From an uncultured Methanosarcinales archaeon (GTDB lineage Archaea; Nanobdellota; Nanobdellia; Woesearchaeales; CAYVYK01), in NCBI GenBank assembly GCA_964455675.1, contig CAYVYK010000001.1, positions 1-64,000 on the forward strand: a stretch of 64,000 bases of DNA, given 5' to 3'. The notes under the pieces were generated by a model that ran no database searches, was not told where the DNA came from, and saw only the letters and a list, made by a program, of their open reading frames with translations. The position numbers and the translations under genes are program-made. Shown here piece by piece: positions 27,509 through 36,278 of the stretch. Position 1 is the first letter of the stretch; the number at the start of each line of letters is the position of its first letter.

Positions 27509-28211
27509 ACCTGGTGTTCGAATCACGAATCTAGGCATCCGTTTCAATCTGGACAAGAAGGTGGATACGTCGATTAAGAAGATCATTCTCAAACCTTGGA
27601 GCAAGCGGCAAGAAAGAATATATTGGGGACTAAGGGGAGTGAATCTCGAGTTTAAGACAGGCGAAATTGTGGGCATCATAGGACCAAATGGCTCCGGTAA
27701 AAGCACATTGCTTCGTGCGATCGCTGGCATATATACTCCTGATGAAGGTGTAATCTCGTGCACTGGAAAGGTTGCGCTTCTCGCTATCGGCGCGGGTTTC
27801 CAACCGGAGTTGACAGGTATCGAAAATATTTGTCTCGTGGGGTCAATGTATGGGTTTTCACAGGAAGCGATGAATGAGTTGCTGCCAAGAATTGTTGATT
27901 TCGCTGATATTGGTGAATTTATCTACCAACCTACTCGAACGTACTCATCAGGAATGGTATCCCGTCTTGGTTTTGCGATCGTTGTACAGCTTGATCCAGA
28001 TATTCTTCTCATAGACGAAATATTGGCTGTCGGTGATCAGGCATTTCGTGAAAAATGTATCCGTACGATAAAACAGAAGTATCTGAGGGGGGATAAGATA
28101 GTTCTGTTTGTCAGTCATGATAGGAAGGTCATATCTGAGTTCTGTAATAGAATCGTGACTGCAAAGAAAACGCAAACACATGGATTTATCTTCACCGATG
28201 AGGTTGGATAA
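27492..28211 (+). CDS. ABC polysaccharide export ATP-binding protein (Wzt/TagH-like)
   Basis: GPNGSGKS, YSSGM..RLGF and IDEILAVGD..F. Confidence 0.92.
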   Translation: MQKSCKPGVRITNLGIRFNLDKKVDTSIKKIILKPWSKRQERIYWGLRGVNLEFKTGEIVGIIGPNGSGKSTLLRAIAGIYTPDEGVISCTGKVALLAIGAGFQPELTGIENICLVGSMYGFSQEAMNELLPRIVDFADIGEFIYQPTRTYSSGMVSRLGFAIVVQLDPDILLIDEILAVGDQAFREKCIRTIKQKYLRGDKIVLFVSHDRKVISEFCNRIVTAKKTQTHGFIFTDEVG

Positions 28212-28249
28212 AGATGAAATAGTAATATAGCAACAGGTACTCAAATAAA

Positions 28250-30304
28250 TCATCTGACAGTGTTGTTGCTGGATGCATCAAGTTCAAATGCTTGAGAAAG
28301 AGTGAGTAACTGCTGTTCATAGTAACCGATATATGACTTCTTTACGTTATTCCGTTTCAAATGGTATTCTTTTGTATCATGCATCAGCGAAATGATCTGG
28401 TTTTGGAACTCTATATCACTGGTTGCCAGAACGACTCCGGGCAGTAGAGCAGGGTCAAGACCCTCCATAGAGTGAGGGGTGAGGACAACAGGTATTCCAT
28501 GCGCCAGCGATTCGACAACTTTTATTTTTTGTCCCGTGCCCACATAGAGTGGGCTTATGCTTATGGCAGTATCATCGTAGACGGAAAAGAGGTCTTCAAC
28601 CTCACCAATTTGATTGCATCCTTCAGTGATAGGTATATGGTCACAAATCTTTCCGACGATAGTCAGTTGAACGGCAGGAATTGCCTTTCGAACGGCAGGG
28701 AATATTTTTTTTATAAAGTAGCTTATGCCATGAATGTTTGCTGGATTCGCCGACCCGATAAAGAGTAGGTTTGGTTTTCCAGGAGAGGTGTGGAGAATAG
28801 GTTTCTGCAAATGACCAACGGTAAAAACTTCACGAGAAGTTATGGTTTGATAATATTTTTTTTCATTATCTTGAATAGCAATGATTCTATCAGCCCGATT
28901 CAACCCCTTTGATTCTTCTTCTTGGGTAGTTGAAAAGAAAGTTGAGGGTACGCCATACTTCTCATACCGTTTGCTTCGATCGGTGAAGACATCATGTGTA
29001 TCAATAATTTTGATCGTTCTCTCATCGAATTGCAGCAAGACCCTTGATGTATAAACGTATTCAACAAGAGCAATATCATACTGGTTGTAGGTTAGAAGCC
29101 TGTTGCAGACTACGTCTACGTCATGGTTATACCATTCATCGATCTGGCTTTCTTCGGATATCTTTCCTGTGAAGATACGGCCGCTTCGGATGGAGCGCCA
29201 CATTGGCCTCACATGTGTATAGAGGGATGGCATGTGTTTTCTTGTATACCTACCAGCTTTTCGGACTAGGTTGTCCACGGCACGTACAGGACTGCTAGCA
29301 GCGTACTTTAGAATACTTCTATCCGTACTGTTCTGGACACAGACGTAATGATCCCATGTAGTATTCATGGCTGATTCATCTATTCCACGCTTGATATGGT
29401 CAGATCCTCGTTCCTGATAATCCAATAAGAAATGGATGGTGTTTCCTTGTTGTTTTAGGATGGACAGCATGTTAAATATTCTTGCTCGGTTGCCGGCATT
29501 TTGCGGATGTGAGGGAATTGGGGAGATGACAAGAATTTTTTTTACTCGTCGCGGTTTCTCGTTCTGGACGAGAAATCCGTTCGTAGGATTGGAGAATCTT
29601 CTGTCAACATCATCAATGTTAGGGATAAGGTTGTATGTATCGTCAGAGTTCACTTTGGAATTTGCGGGATCCAGAAGTTCATCGACTTTCTTTATTTGGG
29701 AATGTGTATATTTAGGGATTCCTAAGAAACGGATAATGCTATCTAGAATCTGGTGCTTTTGTGCTCTTGAGACATTTAGTCCAAACAAGTCTTCATATAC
29801 GATCTCGATGTGATTAACGTTGGAATTTTTGAGTATTTGGCGGTATACTTGCACTTCCTTAAGGTAGGTGTCAATTTCATCTTGGAGGTTTATGAGGTTT
29901 ATCGGAGAGTAGGAATGATGAATAATTTTTGTGCGGTCCCTTCCCCATTCCTTTGATTGACGACTGATTTCTTGTGAAACCGCTCTCTGTGTTGCATTTC
30001 TTCTCCAAAGATAGATCACCTTGTCGTATTCCTTCGTAAGCAAATTTTCATTGAGCCCCATGGGCAGCTGGTAAGCAAGATGTTTGATAAGGTTGTAGTC
30101 CTTGTGGATTTCATCCACTTTTAAATGGAGTGATTCTGCATCAACTACTCCGGCTACATATTTCTTCCTTCCATCGGGTGGATGGGGATGGAATGGTTCA
30201 CCAAGTGGCTTGATGAGTGGGTGAACACCAAGGATCAGCTTAAGGACAGAGCTACCTGTCCGAGTAAAGGCAAAGATGAGTACTCTTTGTTTCATGGGTA
30301 TCAT
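28250..30304 (-). CDS. Sulfotransferase (Stf0-like) - GT4-like glycosyltransferase fusion
   Basis: N-terminal FTRTGSS, LWRRN...RAVS and VYEDL; C-terminal G..P.N..G and GTGQKIKVVESLAHGIPVV. Confidence 0.8.
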   Translation of the reverse strand: MIPMKQRVLIFAFTRTGSSVLKLILGVHPLIKPLGEPFHPHPPDGRKKYVAGVVDAESLHLKVDEIHKDYNLIKHLAYQLPMGLNENLLTKEYDKVIYLWRRNATQRAVSQEISRQSKEWGRDRTKIIHHSYSPINLINLQDEIDTYLKEVQVYRQILKNSNVNHIEIVYEDLFGLNVSRAQKHQILDSIIRFLGIPKYTHSQIKKVDELLDPANSKVNSDDTYNLIPNIDDVDRRFSNPTNGFLVQNEKPRRVKKILVISPIPSHPQNAGNRARIFNMLSILKQQGNTIHFLLDYQERGSDHIKRGIDESAMNTTWDHYVCVQNSTDRSILKYAASSPVRAVDNLVRKAGRYTRKHMPSLYTHVRPMWRSIRSGRIFTGKISEESQIDEWYNHDVDVVCNRLLTYNQYDIALVEYVYTSRVLLQFDERTIKIIDTHDVFTDRSKRYEKYGVPSTFFSTTQEEESKGLNRADRIIAIQDNEKKYYQTITSREVFTVGHLQKPILHTSPGKPNLLFIGSANPANIHGISYFIKKIFPAVRKAIPAVQLTIVGKICDHIPITEGCNQIGEVEDLFSVYDDTAISISPLYVGTGQKIKVVESLAHGIPVVLTPHSMEGLDPALLPGVVLATSDIEFQNQIISLMHDTKEYHLKRNNVKKSYIGYYEQQLLTLSQAFELDASSNNTVR

Positions 30305-31068
30305 CGTGCAACAAAAGAGGGATTTCTTAGGATACTCTTGTTGTATTCAAGCTCTTTGTTTGTGTCATAAACATAGATGTTCTTGCCTGCTTCTTTTATA
30401 ATAATATGGCCTGTTGCAGTATCCCATTCCATTGTTGGTGCAAGTCTTGGGTAGACATCTGCAACTCCCTCAGCGAGAAGACAAAACTTGTACGAACTTC
30501 CGGCAAATGATAAATTGATGATCTTATGTGATGCATGAAGTGATTCTACAAATGCTTTTGTTTCGTCGGTAAAGTGTGATTTACTTGCAACTACGTTGCA
30601 CGTGCCAGGGTGGGAGGCTGGTTTACTTAGCTTACTTGTTCTGTTGGACTCATGTTTAAAGCAGCCCTTCCCCGCAATAGCATAGTAAGTCTTTTGATAT
30701 GCGGGCAAATGCATAACTCCAAACACTGGCGTTGTTCCGTGAATTAAAGCAAGGTTTATTGCATAGTCCTTCTCCCCTCGAATGAATTCTTTTGTGCCAT
30801 CGAGTGGATCAAGCAACCAAACCCATTCAAATGGTTGTCTTTTCTTATAAGGGGGGGAAGTTTCCTCTTCAGATATCACGGGGATGTCTGGACACACTTT
30901 TTGCAGAAATTCAAGAATCTTATGGCAAGAGAGAGTGTCAGCAGTAGTAACCGGAGACTTGTCTGACTTGTATCTCACGTCATAGTTCCTGCTTTGAATG
31001 TTCAGGATGAGTACTCCAATCTTCTCTGTAGTTTGAACAAATTGATTGATATCAAGCATATCGAGCAT
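30301..31068 (-). CDS. cysQ: 3'(2'),5'-bisphosphate nucleotidase CysQ
   Basis: KSDKSPVT.AD, ISEE, DPLDGTKEF, GSS.KFC.LAEG.AD.YPR and WDTA. Confidence 0.93.
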   Translation of the reverse strand: MLDMLDINQFVQTTEKIGVLILNIQSRNYDVRYKSDKSPVTTADTLSCHKILEFLQKVCPDIPVISEEETSPPYKKRQPFEWVWLLDPLDGTKEFIRGEKDYAINLALIHGTTPVFGVMHLPAYQKTYYAIAGKGCFKHESNRTSKLSKPASHPGTCNVVASKSHFTDETKAFVESLHASHKIINLSFAGSSYKFCLLAEGVADVYPRLAPTMEWDTATGHIIIKEAGKNIYVYDTNKELEYNKSILRNPSFVAR

Positions 31069-31086
31069 AGTGCAAGCAGAGGAAAT

Positions 31087-31968
31087 TTAATGGAGATGCA
31101 GAATCTTGAGTAGTTGAGCGACACAGGTTTCTATGTCGTGTTGTTCAGTATCAATGATAAACTCAGTTCGGGGTTCATCAAATGGATCATCAATTCCGGT
31201 AAACCCTTTGATCTCACCAGCCCTCGCTTTCTTGAACATTCCTTTAACATCTCTTCGCTCACATTCTTCAAGACTGCACTTAACGTATACTAATTTCATG
31301 TAGGGAATGATGCTTTGTATCATAGACCTCATTTCGTTGGTTGGGGAAACAAAACTGGCGATAACAGCATTACCGTTCTCGTTGAACAGGCGGCAGATAT
31401 GGGCAACTCTTCTAAGGTTTTCCTTCCGATCATCTTCAGAGAAACCTAAATCCTCGTTGATCTTTCCGCGTACGTCATCACCATCAAGGTGAGCAGTTTT
31501 AATGCCCCGGTTTTCCATTTCTTCTTTGAGGCGTTTTGCGAGAGTTGTCTTACCTGAGCATGGCAGCCCCGTTAACCACACTGTGGATTTGAGAGAGTTG
31601 ATGTAGTCGGTAACTTCAGGAGGAATATTGTCCTCTTTTCCGAGCCGAACATTTGTCCCGGATATTCTTCCGATATGCTCTGGGGGATCGATCTGGTTCA
31701 CTGCGTATCCTACGTTTCTCCCTATGTTGATGCTCTCAATGTCTGGGATCTTGATGGATAAAACCTTGTCTCCGTGCACTCTCCGAATCATCTCTTTTCT
31801 CTGTTCGTAGGTATAGGGATTCTTGTCAGAAAGCTCGGTGTCTCGTATACCCACGCAGACATTCTTTCCCTCCTTGAGAGCTTGGTCGACGAGATACTTG
31901 TGTCCAGAGTGATATGGTTGCCAGCGCCCGATGAATAGAGCATATCGTTTGTGTTGGTTGTATTTCAT
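31087..31968 (-). CDS. cysC: Adenylyl-sulfate kinase with N-terminal HxGH nucleotidyltransferase domain
   Basis: C-terminal WLTGLPCSGKTT, LDGD.VR and RDVKG...FTGIDDP; N-terminal FIGRWQPYHSGH...NPY...ISGTNVR. Confidence 0.9.
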   Translation of the reverse strand: MKYNQHKRYALFIGRWQPYHSGHKYLVDQALKEGKNVCVGIRDTELSDKNPYTYEQRKEMIRRVHGDKVLSIKIPDIESINIGRNVGYAVNQIDPPEHIGRISGTNVRLGKEDNIPPEVTDYINSLKSTVWLTGLPCSGKTTLAKRLKEEMENRGIKTAHLDGDDVRGKINEDLGFSEDDRKENLRRVAHICRLFNENGNAVIASFVSPTNEMRSMIQSIIPYMKLVYVKCSLEECERRDVKGMFKKARAGEIKGFTGIDDPFDEPRTEFIIDTEQHDIETCVAQLLKILHLH

Positions 31969-32142
31969 ATATGCAGTCTGATGAACGAGGCTTATATTCT
32001 TTTCTTTTTCTGGAACTCACTGCTTGGTGACAGTGTAGCATATTGAATCGTGAAGGAGATAACAAGGTATGGGGGTTGAAGGAACACATAGCATGATTCA
32101 TATAAAAGAATAAAAAAGAGGATAATGTATCTCTGAAATTTG

Positions 32143-33258
32143 ATGACTGCACCAAGAACCTGTCTAATCCATGACTTTCTGCTCAATTATGGGGGCGCCG
32201 AGAAATGCGCGGAGGCAATCGCGGAGATTTTCCCAAGAGCTCCGATCCACACGATTGCCTGGAATCCGAAGAACGTTCCTTTCGCTTCGAATAGGATTAT
32301 TCCCACCATTGCAGACGGTTTTCCATGCGTGAGAAAGAGATATCATATCTACATCCCGCTATACCCATTCATAGCATACACGATCCACCCGAAGGGTGAT
32401 ATCATCATCTCATCCTTCTTCGCTTTCTGCAAGGGATTCAAGAAGCGCAAAGGCCAACTCCACATCTGTTATTGTCACTGTCCTCCTCGTTTCCTGTATG
32501 ATTTTCCGGACTCGCTCTATGCCCGCCAGCCTTGGCTCTTAAGGGTGCTGCTCCGCCCGATTATTCTCGCGCTCAGATGGTGGGATATTAGATCTGCGAA
32601 GAATGTTGACTACTTCATCACTACCAGCAAGTCCGTCCAGGCAAGGATCAAGCAGTGGTACAAGCGAGACGCGATTGTCATTCATCCCTTTGTTGATACC
32701 CAAAAATTTAGTCTTAGAAACAGAAAGCGGTCGTACTACCTTTTCGTCGGAAGGCTTGCCCTTCCCTACAAGAAAGCAGATGTCGCCGTCCAGGCATTCA
32801 ATAAGCTTGGTTTACCTTTAGTTGTTGTCGGCGACGGTCGTGATAGAAAATTTCTGGAAAGCATGGCAAAGCCCAACATCAGGTTTATCGGCGCAATCCA
32901 CGACGAAAAAAAGCTCGCAGATTACTACCAAGGTGCGAAAGCAGTTATATTCCCATCTTATGATGATTTTGGTATGGTTCCCATCGAGGCCCAGGCCTGC
33001 GGCACTCCAGTCATTGCGTATGTGAAAGGTGGCGCGTTGGAAACGGTTATTGAAGGTAAAACGGGCCATTTCTTCACGCCTCAAACCTCCGATGCGCTCG
33101 CCAAGGCCGTGAAAGAATTCGAGAAGATGAGGTTCACTCCCAAGGATATCAGAAAGAACGCGCTGAGGTTTGATAAGAAGGTTTTCCAAAAGAAGATCAA
33201 AAGATTTATTGATCAGAAATGGTCAGAAAAGCATTTAAACGCTCCCACACATCTCTAA
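32143..33258 (+). CDS. Glycosyltransferase family 4
   Basis: HD.L..YGGAE, YCH.P.R and DDFGMVPIEAQACGTPVIA. Confidence 0.9.
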   Translation: MTAPRTCLIHDFLLNYGGAEKCAEAIAEIFPRAPIHTIAWNPKNVPFASNRIIPTIADGFPCVRKRYHIYIPLYPFIAYTIHPKGDIIISSFFAFCKGFKKRKGQLHICYCHCPPRFLYDFPDSLYARQPWLLRVLLRPIILALRWWDIRSAKNVDYFITTSKSVQARIKQWYKRDAIVIHPFVDTQKFSLRNRKRSYYLFVGRLALPYKKADVAVQAFNKLGLPLVVVGDGRDRKFLESMAKPNIRFIGAIHDEKKLADYYQGAKAVIFPSYDDFGMVPIEAQACGTPVIAYVKGGALETVIEGKTGHFFTPQTSDALAKAVKEFEKMRFTPKDIRKNALRFDKKVFQKKIKRFIDQKWSEKHLNAPTHL

Positions 33259-33261
33259 ATC

Positions 33262-35217
33262 ATGGGGGATCGTTCTGCGATTATTGGATTGGCTATTGTC
33301 GTAATACTGGGTATTGGCTTGCAATTCCTCATTCCGTACCTCAATCAGCAGTATTTGGATTATCAAATTATCAAATACCGTCTTGCGGACGGAACCCCCT
33401 ACCTTTCCGGCCCTGATGATTATTATTTCCTCCGTCATGCGTCACAATGGAATCGCGAGATAGAGGACAAAAGCTGGGCGTACAGTCTCTACGTTGATGA
33501 CGAGTTGAGGAATTATCCTCACAAAGCTCGGTCACGAGTGGGATTGTATCCTTTGATGCTTGTCTGGTGGAATTCTCTTCTTCCGTTTCGCTCAATGGAT
33601 CAGGCAGCGTACTATTTCCCTCTAATTGCGTACATTCTATCCATCCTCTTCATGTATGGTATCGCGAGAAAATTTGCCAGCATGTGGCCTTCTCTCGTAG
33701 GCGCAGCGTTGTTTGCAAGCGTACCTGCGGTTCTTGAATCCTTCCATCTTGGCATGGGCGATACCGACGCGATCATCATGCTGCTGTACATTTCTTCAAT
33801 GTACCTCTGGCTTTGGGTAGTATCATGTAAAGAGAGAGCACAGCAAATCGCTGCTGGAATAGCGCTGATTCTTATGCTCATCATCTTCTGGCAAGTCTGG
33901 AGCAACTTCTACTTCGTTCTAGCGCTCATTGTAATAGTCGTAGTAACTGCAATAATCATTGCCTCGCCTACTAGTACCGCAAGGTTTCAATTAAAATTGT
34001 TCTATCGAATTCTTATTGTGAGTGGGATCGTCATAATAGGCGCAGGTACCCTATGGAAATTCCTCCCCCAGCGCGTCCTCGTGATGCTCCATCTTGCAAA
34101 ACCTCAAGCGTTCGTCGCTGCCTACACAACGGTGACTGAGCTGCAGTCAATAAGCCTCACAGAGTTCTGGAAGATGATGGATGGCCCTCTGCTTATCTTT
34201 GCTCTTGGTGGAGCGATTGTCGTAATCTGGCGTTTCTGGAAGCAAAGAAGCATTTCGTACGCCACAATGGTTGTCTGGATCCTTGGTTTTTCCGCTTTTC
34301 CCTTCCTTGCTGCTCGTTTGGCAAATTTCGCCGTAATTCCCATCATCCTCTCTGCCATCCTCGGAATTGATGTCACGGCTGATTGGATGGTACGGCGCAC
34401 GAAGCAGTCAGTGGCAAGTATTGTTCCCTTAGCAATTGGCTTCATGATCATCTTCTTCTCGGTGCCTTCAATTGCGGATCATGCCCTGCGCATTCCACTG
34501 ATGGATGATGGCATTTACGAGTCCGCCATGACCATCCGTAACCTCTCGGAAAGCGTAGTGATCGCCTGCCCCTGGGATGAGGGATACTACTATGAGTACT
34601 TCGCGAACCGTCCTGTGCTGCTAGACGGCGGTGATTTCGCTAGTCATAGGCAGTACTGGTATTCTCGCGCTCTCATGTCCAAGGACACAAACGAAAGCTT
34701 GGGAATCTTGAGGATGTTGGTCTCTGGGAAAGATAGGGGGAGAGCGATGGGCAATCCTTACCTGAACGCTAGCTGTCCTGAGGATATTGTGCTTGTTGCT
34801 TCCGATCGGGACTTGCGTCATGTGCATATCTACAGGTATTTTGCATCCTTTAGTGGCACCCCCATGGATAACATCACAGATGAAGTCATGATTAGCCGTC
34901 AGATGCAATGCTCCCCAGGGCCGATCTATAGGTGCGGAATGAATTCTATTGATATCCCCAGGATGACGGTTGACTGGTCTGGTACCGTGTTCCGCAGACT
35001 TCTTGTGGTGAATGGTTCACAGAAATATCATGTGCATTTTCCCAATCCTTCAGAGAATGCGACAATGGTAGTGAGGCAGCTCGAACCCTTCAGCGGTGTG
35101 TTCATTATTCAGGATGAGTTCGATGACAGCCTGCTCTTCAAAGCCTTATTCTTGAGGGAAGCTTTTAGCTCGGGATACCTTACCGAAGAAAGGATTGTAG
35201 TTAAAGTAGAAAAATAA
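33262..35217 (+). CDS. STT3/AglB-like oligosaccharyltransferase (degenerate motif)
   Basis: D.YY..R, DTD and TVTEL (TIXE-like); PWDEGY in place of WWDYG; many TM helices. Confidence 0.7.
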   Translation: MGDRSAIIGLAIVVILGIGLQFLIPYLNQQYLDYQIIKYRLADGTPYLSGPDDYYFLRHASQWNREIEDKSWAYSLYVDDELRNYPHKARSRVGLYPLMLVWWNSLLPFRSMDQAAYYFPLIAYILSILFMYGIARKFASMWPSLVGAALFASVPAVLESFHLGMGDTDAIIMLLYISSMYLWLWVVSCKERAQQIAAGIALILMLIIFWQVWSNFYFVLALIVIVVVTAIIIASPTSTARFQLKLFYRILIVSGIVIIGAGTLWKFLPQRVLVMLHLAKPQAFVAAYTTVTELQSISLTEFWKMMDGPLLIFALGGAIVVIWRFWKQRSISYATMVVWILGFSAFPFLAARLANFAVIPIILSAILGIDVTADWMVRRTKQSVASIVPLAIGFMIIFFSVPSIADHALRIPLMDDGIYESAMTIRNLSESVVIACPWDEGYYYEYFANRPVLLDGGDFASHRQYWYSRALMSKDTNESLGILRMLVSGKDRGRAMGNPYLNASCPEDIVLVASDRDLRHVHIYRYFASFSGTPMDNITDEVMISRQMQCSPGPIYRCGMNSIDIPRMTVDWSGTVFRRLLVVNGSQKYHVHFPNPSENATMVVRQLEPFSGVFIIQDEFDDSLLFKALFLREAFSSGYLTEERIVVKVEK

Positions 35218-35245
35218 AGGAGAAAAAGTAAGAGAAAAAAAACAC
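35210..35245 (-). terminator. Oligo-T terminator after the pilin gene
   Basis: Several T runs on the minus strand immediately after the stop at 35246, between convergent genes. Confidence 0.5.
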
Positions 35246-35794
35246 TTATGTAGCAGTAAGTGTTCCTTGTTCAACCTTTCCTACGATATCGCCAAGGACC
35301 GTGTGGTCAACGGACTCTCCTGCCTTCGTATAGGTGAGGGAGATTCTTGCTTTCCACCTGGTTCCAACGGGAGATTGCACATTAAGATTATCGCAGCAGA
35401 AGTTGAGTTCGTACGCAACACCATCATCCATACCGTTGTTACCGGCAGGAAGTGCAGCATCAAAGATGAAACTCTCAGCCGTCGCTCGAGTACAAGTTGC
35501 AGTGGTCTCGGTTGGCTCTAATAATATACCAACTCTCTCAACTGCCGTGCCGATACCGTTTCTGACTGTAAACATGACATTCCCGTTTGCGCATCCAGAT
35601 GCTCCATCAGTGTTAACGAGCTTGAACTCGGTACAGCTGAACCCTGGGCTCATCGTGCACGACGTTGGCAGCCATCGATCCGGGCTGAATACTCCAAAGT
35701 ATGCTAGTGCTGCAATCGCTACAAGTACAACGAGGATTGCCCATCCGTATGTCATCAAGAATTCCATGGCAGCTTGTGCCTTTCGTTTCATCAT
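35246..35794 (-). CDS. Archaeal type IV pilin (candidate major pilin)
   Basis: KAQAAMEFLMTYGWAILVVLVAIAALAYFGV is a canonical class III signal peptide. Confidence 0.88.
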   Translation of the reverse strand: MMKRKAQAAMEFLMTYGWAILVVLVAIAALAYFGVFSPDRWLPTSCTMSPGFSCTEFKLVNTDGASGCANGNVMFTVRNGIGTAVERVGILLEPTETTATCTRATAESFIFDAALPAGNNGMDDGVAYELNFCCDNLNVQSPVGTRWKARISLTYTKAGESVDHTVLGDIVGKVEQGTLTAT

Positions 35795-35945
35795 ATCACC
35801 TCTCAGTAAACCTCAGTACTGGAATGAGTATAGTCTTAAATATACTAATATATAAAGGTTTTGATTCGCTGATGGAGTCGCAGCCGAGAGTGGTGAATTG
35901 CTTGTTTCTGAAGGGGAGCGCTGATTCACACGAAAAATTCAGTGG

Positions 35946-36240
35946 TTGCCCTGTTCCGTGATCGTATGCAGAAAGGAACAGGGCGCGCCGAAGGCTCGTT
36001 ATAATAGTATTTAGATTTGAATAATTTGGTAGCGGGGAATACGGACCCGAACGCCTTCCAGATGTACTGATGGTTCCCCAGCCCCTTCTGGATTTGATTG
36101 TGTGCTGGCAACTGCAGCCTGGAAAGTCACAATTGCCCTGTTCCGTGATTGTATGCAGAAAGGAACAGGGCCTGCCGAAGGCTCGTAACAATCGTTGAGG
36201 AGGTTCTAGCAGATAGATCTCTCCAAAGGCTCGCAATAAC
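35946..36240. repeat. Two near-identical ~60-bp palindromic repeats plus a partial copy
   Basis: ttgccctgttccgtgat.gtatgcagaaaggaacagggc..gccgaaggctcgt at 35946 and 36133; partial aaggctcgcaat near 36225. Confidence 0.9.
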
Positions 36241-36278
36241 TGTAGGAGTATGTTCTAAATGAGTATCAAATCAACGGT

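Noticed and set aside
35946..36240. CRISPR mini-array or T-box-like leader
   Set aside because: Repeats are ~60 bp at a 187-bp period, lie downstream of leuS rather than upstream, and show no T-box motif.
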